Of a stretch of 64,000 nucleotides of DNA, positions 60,923-64,000 are shown piece after piece (within the stretch, counting starts at the first letter, position 1; each line of letters opens with the position of its first letter). The position numbers and the translations under genes are program-made. Origin of the DNA: Tricharina praecox. Taxonomy: Eukaryota. The notes beneath the pieces were generated by a model. That model had not been told where the DNA came from, did not search any database, and was given only the letters and a program-made list of their open reading frames with translations. The stretch lies in NCBI RefSeq assembly GCF_024521635.1, contig NW_026250421.1, positions 620,001 to 684,000 of the forward strand, in the 5' to 3' direction.

Positions 60923-62434
60923 GTGCTGGAAACATCCAACCAACCCGACCCTGGCTGGAGCTTGAAGGCTGGGTGAGATATGATGAAGGATCGTTGAAAC
61001 TACCCACCCGGCTCGCTCCACCTGGCAGCCTCCAACAGGGGGGAGGGTGGTTCATACTATCGAGCATAACCAGGTGAGGCGTCGTCACTGCTGTACAGTA
61101 ACCTGTCACTCCTCGCCCACAGGTATGTAGTCGGGTCCCCGGAACCAACAGTTGCAGGCATTCAGGATCCAACCCCAACCCCAGATGCAGCACGCACCCC
61201 GAAGCACTCTGTATCATCCATCGTCCGTCACACGGAGCAAATCACGACCACGATTACGATAACGCCTATATCGCGAGCCCTCTTTCTTTGCTCTTTCTCT
61301 TCTCTATCCGGCAGCTACCTACAAAGTCGAGAAACACGGAGTGTCGCTGCCACTGTCGCACCCATGCATGGCGAGTGAGATCCTGTGCGAACCTGCGGAC
61401 TGCGGACTGCGGGCACCCCCCTTGCCCCCCGCTTTTCTCCACTCGACTCCGCTCCCCGATCTCGCCTACGCATACGCACACGCACACGCAGACTCCCTGC
61501 CTCGCGATATATAATCGATAACCCGCATACATCCTACCTCCCTCAGTTGCTTATCGTGCGGCGTGCAGTCGCGAATAGACCCGGACTAGTTATAGCTGTA
61601 GCAGTGGCACATGCGATGCGGGGACGAGACGAGCGATGCGATCGGGGATGGTGCGCTACGATCGTCCTCACTTCGTTTCGTCATTTTGTTACTTCGTCGC
61701 TTCGTCACTTCGTCACTTCGTCCCCCGTCCTCCCCCGCTTCGTGGTTCGCGGTTCGTACTTATGTTACATGTGTGTATGTGATTCGGATTGCGGGGTAGA
61801 CGGGGGTAGACGGGGCTGTTCACGGTTCACAGCCTACAGGGAGAAGGGAGAAGAGAAGGGATGGAAGCACCACCGGGTAGGCACTTGCACTGTACTCTGG
61901 ACTCTAACTTACTCCGAACCATAATGAAGAGAGAGAGATGAGAATGAATTACGTACCGTATGTACGACTACTAGTACTACGGACCAGGAGAAATAGAATA
62001 CCTATAATAACTAGACCAACGACCTTCCCCCCAAGAAACTCCGTTTATGTGTGATGAGAAAAGGAATGTATGTACAAAAGAGCTGATGTTGCTAGGGATT
62101 AGAACAGAAAAAAAGAAGAAAGAAAAGAAAGAAAAGCAACGGGAAAGAAGAGCGAAAAGCGAAGAAAAAGGCACAAACAGTAGGGGAGAATGAAACAAAA
62201 TGAAACAAAAATGAAGTGAGAAAGCAAAACCGATACCGATACCCAAGCCGATAAATGCAAAGATCATGAACATAGACGCTGAAAACCGACAAGACGTATA
62301 AACAAAACAAAACAAAAAAAAGGTTCGAAACCACAAACATCCCATCCCGCTCGCAAGAAACAGGAGCAACCAACATGAAGGATCCCAAACCAAACCAAAA
62401 AAACAACACCGTCACTCGCTCGCCCGCCGCATGA

Positions 62435-63544
62435 TCACCGCTGCTCAAACAACCTCGCGCCCATAGGCGCCTCCCTGTACCTCCCCCCCTTGACCCAAGC
62501 GCCCCTAACACTGCGCCCATCACCATCACCCTCTCTATCGACATCCTCCTCGACCGGCCACAAATCGAACCTAAAGCTATCCCTATGCTCCAGGGGGATG
62601 AGACGCCTCCCCCACTGATCCTCGAAGCGGACCTCACCATGCGGCCACATCTTGCGTGCGATGACCGGATGAGTCACGGCCTTTTTTGGCGGCGTGGCCG
62701 CCCGCCGGATGATGCTGACTCCCGGCCGCAGGAATGTCACCTCCTCGTCCTCCGAGGAGTCATCGCCACCACCGTTTGAGGGCTCGTGCTCGTTCACCCG
62801 CAGGTCCACCTCCTCGTCTGCGCGGCTGGGTGAGCGCACCCGCGGCGGTGATCGCACTGTCGGCTGACGTCCGAACAGGGACTCTGGTGGGATCCGCCAC
62901 GATGGCGGCGGCGACGAGGGAGGCGACGAGTGCATGTCTGTGCGTGGAGGCGTCAGGTACCCTGATGCTTTCTCGTGCGTGCTGCTGCTGGTGGTGGTGG
63001 TGACATCCGCTGTGGATATGTTGGGGCTGCGGTTGGGGCTGCGGTTGGGACTGCCGGCCCAGCCCAGGCCCGAGGCTATGCCCGCGTCCAGCTCCGGACC
63101 TAAGTCGTCGTCATCGTGGAAGCTGCGCCGCGATGAATTGCGCGAGAGCTTCTGTTTCTTGGCTGGGTTTGACGACGGTTGGTCGTCCGAGGGCATATAG
63201 AACGCCACTGGCGCGGGGAATATCTCGACTCTGTCCAGGAAGCGGACGAACTTCTTTAGCTTCTGGGAGGGCGATGTCGATTCCGATGAGGAGGTGGAGG
63301 CAGAGGAGGGGGAGGGTTCCTGGGAGGGCTTGCGCATGGCCGACGTAAGGGTCGACTGCACCCGCTTCTTGGTGGAAGCGGAGATCAGCGACGGCAGCGT
63401 GGAAAAAGTGTTCCCCATTGCGTCCGAGTTGTCGTAGTAATAAGACTCGATTCCGGCTGGGTCGTCGAGGTAGTAGAATGGCACGATGTCGGCGTCGTCC
63501 TCGTAGTCTTGGGGGGTTAGCGCGGGGGTGAGCGGGCCGCCCAT
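62435..63544 (-). CDS. Hypothetical Ser/Pro-rich protein with short conserved-looking C-terminal domain
   Basis: ATG in CACCATGG context at 63544, ~369 codons, coding codon bias; KFVRF motif; C-terminal WPHGEVRFEDQWGRRLIP...FRFDLWP. Confidence 0.7.
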   Translation of the reverse strand: MGGPLTPALTPQDYEDDADIVPFYYLDDPAGIESYYYDNSDAMGNTFSTLPSLISASTKKRVQSTLTSAMRKPSQEPSPSSASTSSSESTSPSQKLKKFVRFLDRVEIFPAPVAFYMPSDDQPSSNPAKKQKLSRNSSRRSFHDDDDLGPELDAGIASGLGWAGSPNRSPNRSPNISTADVTTTTSSSTHEKASGYLTPPRTDMHSSPPSSPPPSWRIPPESLFGRQPTVRSPPRVRSPSRADEEVDLRVNEHEPSNGGGDDSSEDEEVTFLRPGVSIIRRAATPPKKAVTHPVIARKMWPHGEVRFEDQWGRRLIPLEHRDSFRFDLWPVEEDVDREGDGDGRSVRGAWVKGGRYREAPMGARLFEQR

Positions 63545-64000
63545 GGTGGTATTCCGGGCACACAAGGAAGTAGTGTTGTTTCTTCCTCCTCTTCTTCTTC
63601 CTCTTCTTCGGAGTGGGGGGAAATCCCAAGCGGCTTTTATATTTTCAAGTTTCTTTTTATTTATTTATGCGAAGAGGCCTTTGCGGGGAGTACAGGGAAG
63701 ATGGGGAGGGGAGCGGATGAAGGGAGGGGAGGGAGGGGTGTATAGGCCTGCAGTTGTGGGGTGCTTGCGAAAAGGCCCAGGAGATCTAGATGAACGGAGG
63801 GGATCCGAATGGGCAGGCAGGTCGGTCAGGGTCAGTTGACTGTGTGGACCGTTTATTCTTTTTTTCCCTTTCTTTTCTTTTCTTTTCTTTTTCTTTTCTT
63901 TCCCCGCTGCCGATATTCGAAAGGGAGGACTTGAGTTTCGTTCCGTTGTTGAGACCGGCGGGACGTCCGTAGGAGGAAAGCCGTGAAGAGGACTGTCAAG

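Overview
Eukaryotic genomic DNA from a filamentous ascomycete. Short GT-AG introns with CTAAC/CTGAC branch points occur throughout; Pezizomycotina, possibly Pezizomycetes, is an inference. About 17 intact protein genes are supported: a flavodoxin-less diflavin-reductase-like protein, PIK1, an HGGG/GDSAG alpha/beta hydrolase, a RING/RS protein, a small Zn-finger ORF, a cutinase, a Cys-rich single-pass membrane protein, MRE11, a Pca1-like P1B ATPase, a PIR cell-wall protein, a hemerythrin/HHE protein, an F-box protein, a CCDC47-like protein, COX7, TRS20 and two orphan ORFs. There is also a tRNA-Thr(AGT). Accessory DNA comprises a 275-bp hAT-type MITE with a perfect 8-bp TSD and two 5'-truncated copies of one LINE family, each with a perfect 14-bp TSD. 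A pseudogene cluster (about 27-32 kb) holds a RAI1/DXO-like pseudogene interrupted by a captured 371-bp ferric-reductase fragment, bracketed by two decayed paralogous copies of an unknown gene. I see no multi-gene novel system that I can firmly support. The most unusual items are the captured gene fragment, the Trp-to-TAG bias in one LINE copy, a long-range stem in the COX7 intron, and variant domain architectures. All family assignments come from motif recognition by eye, not database searches.
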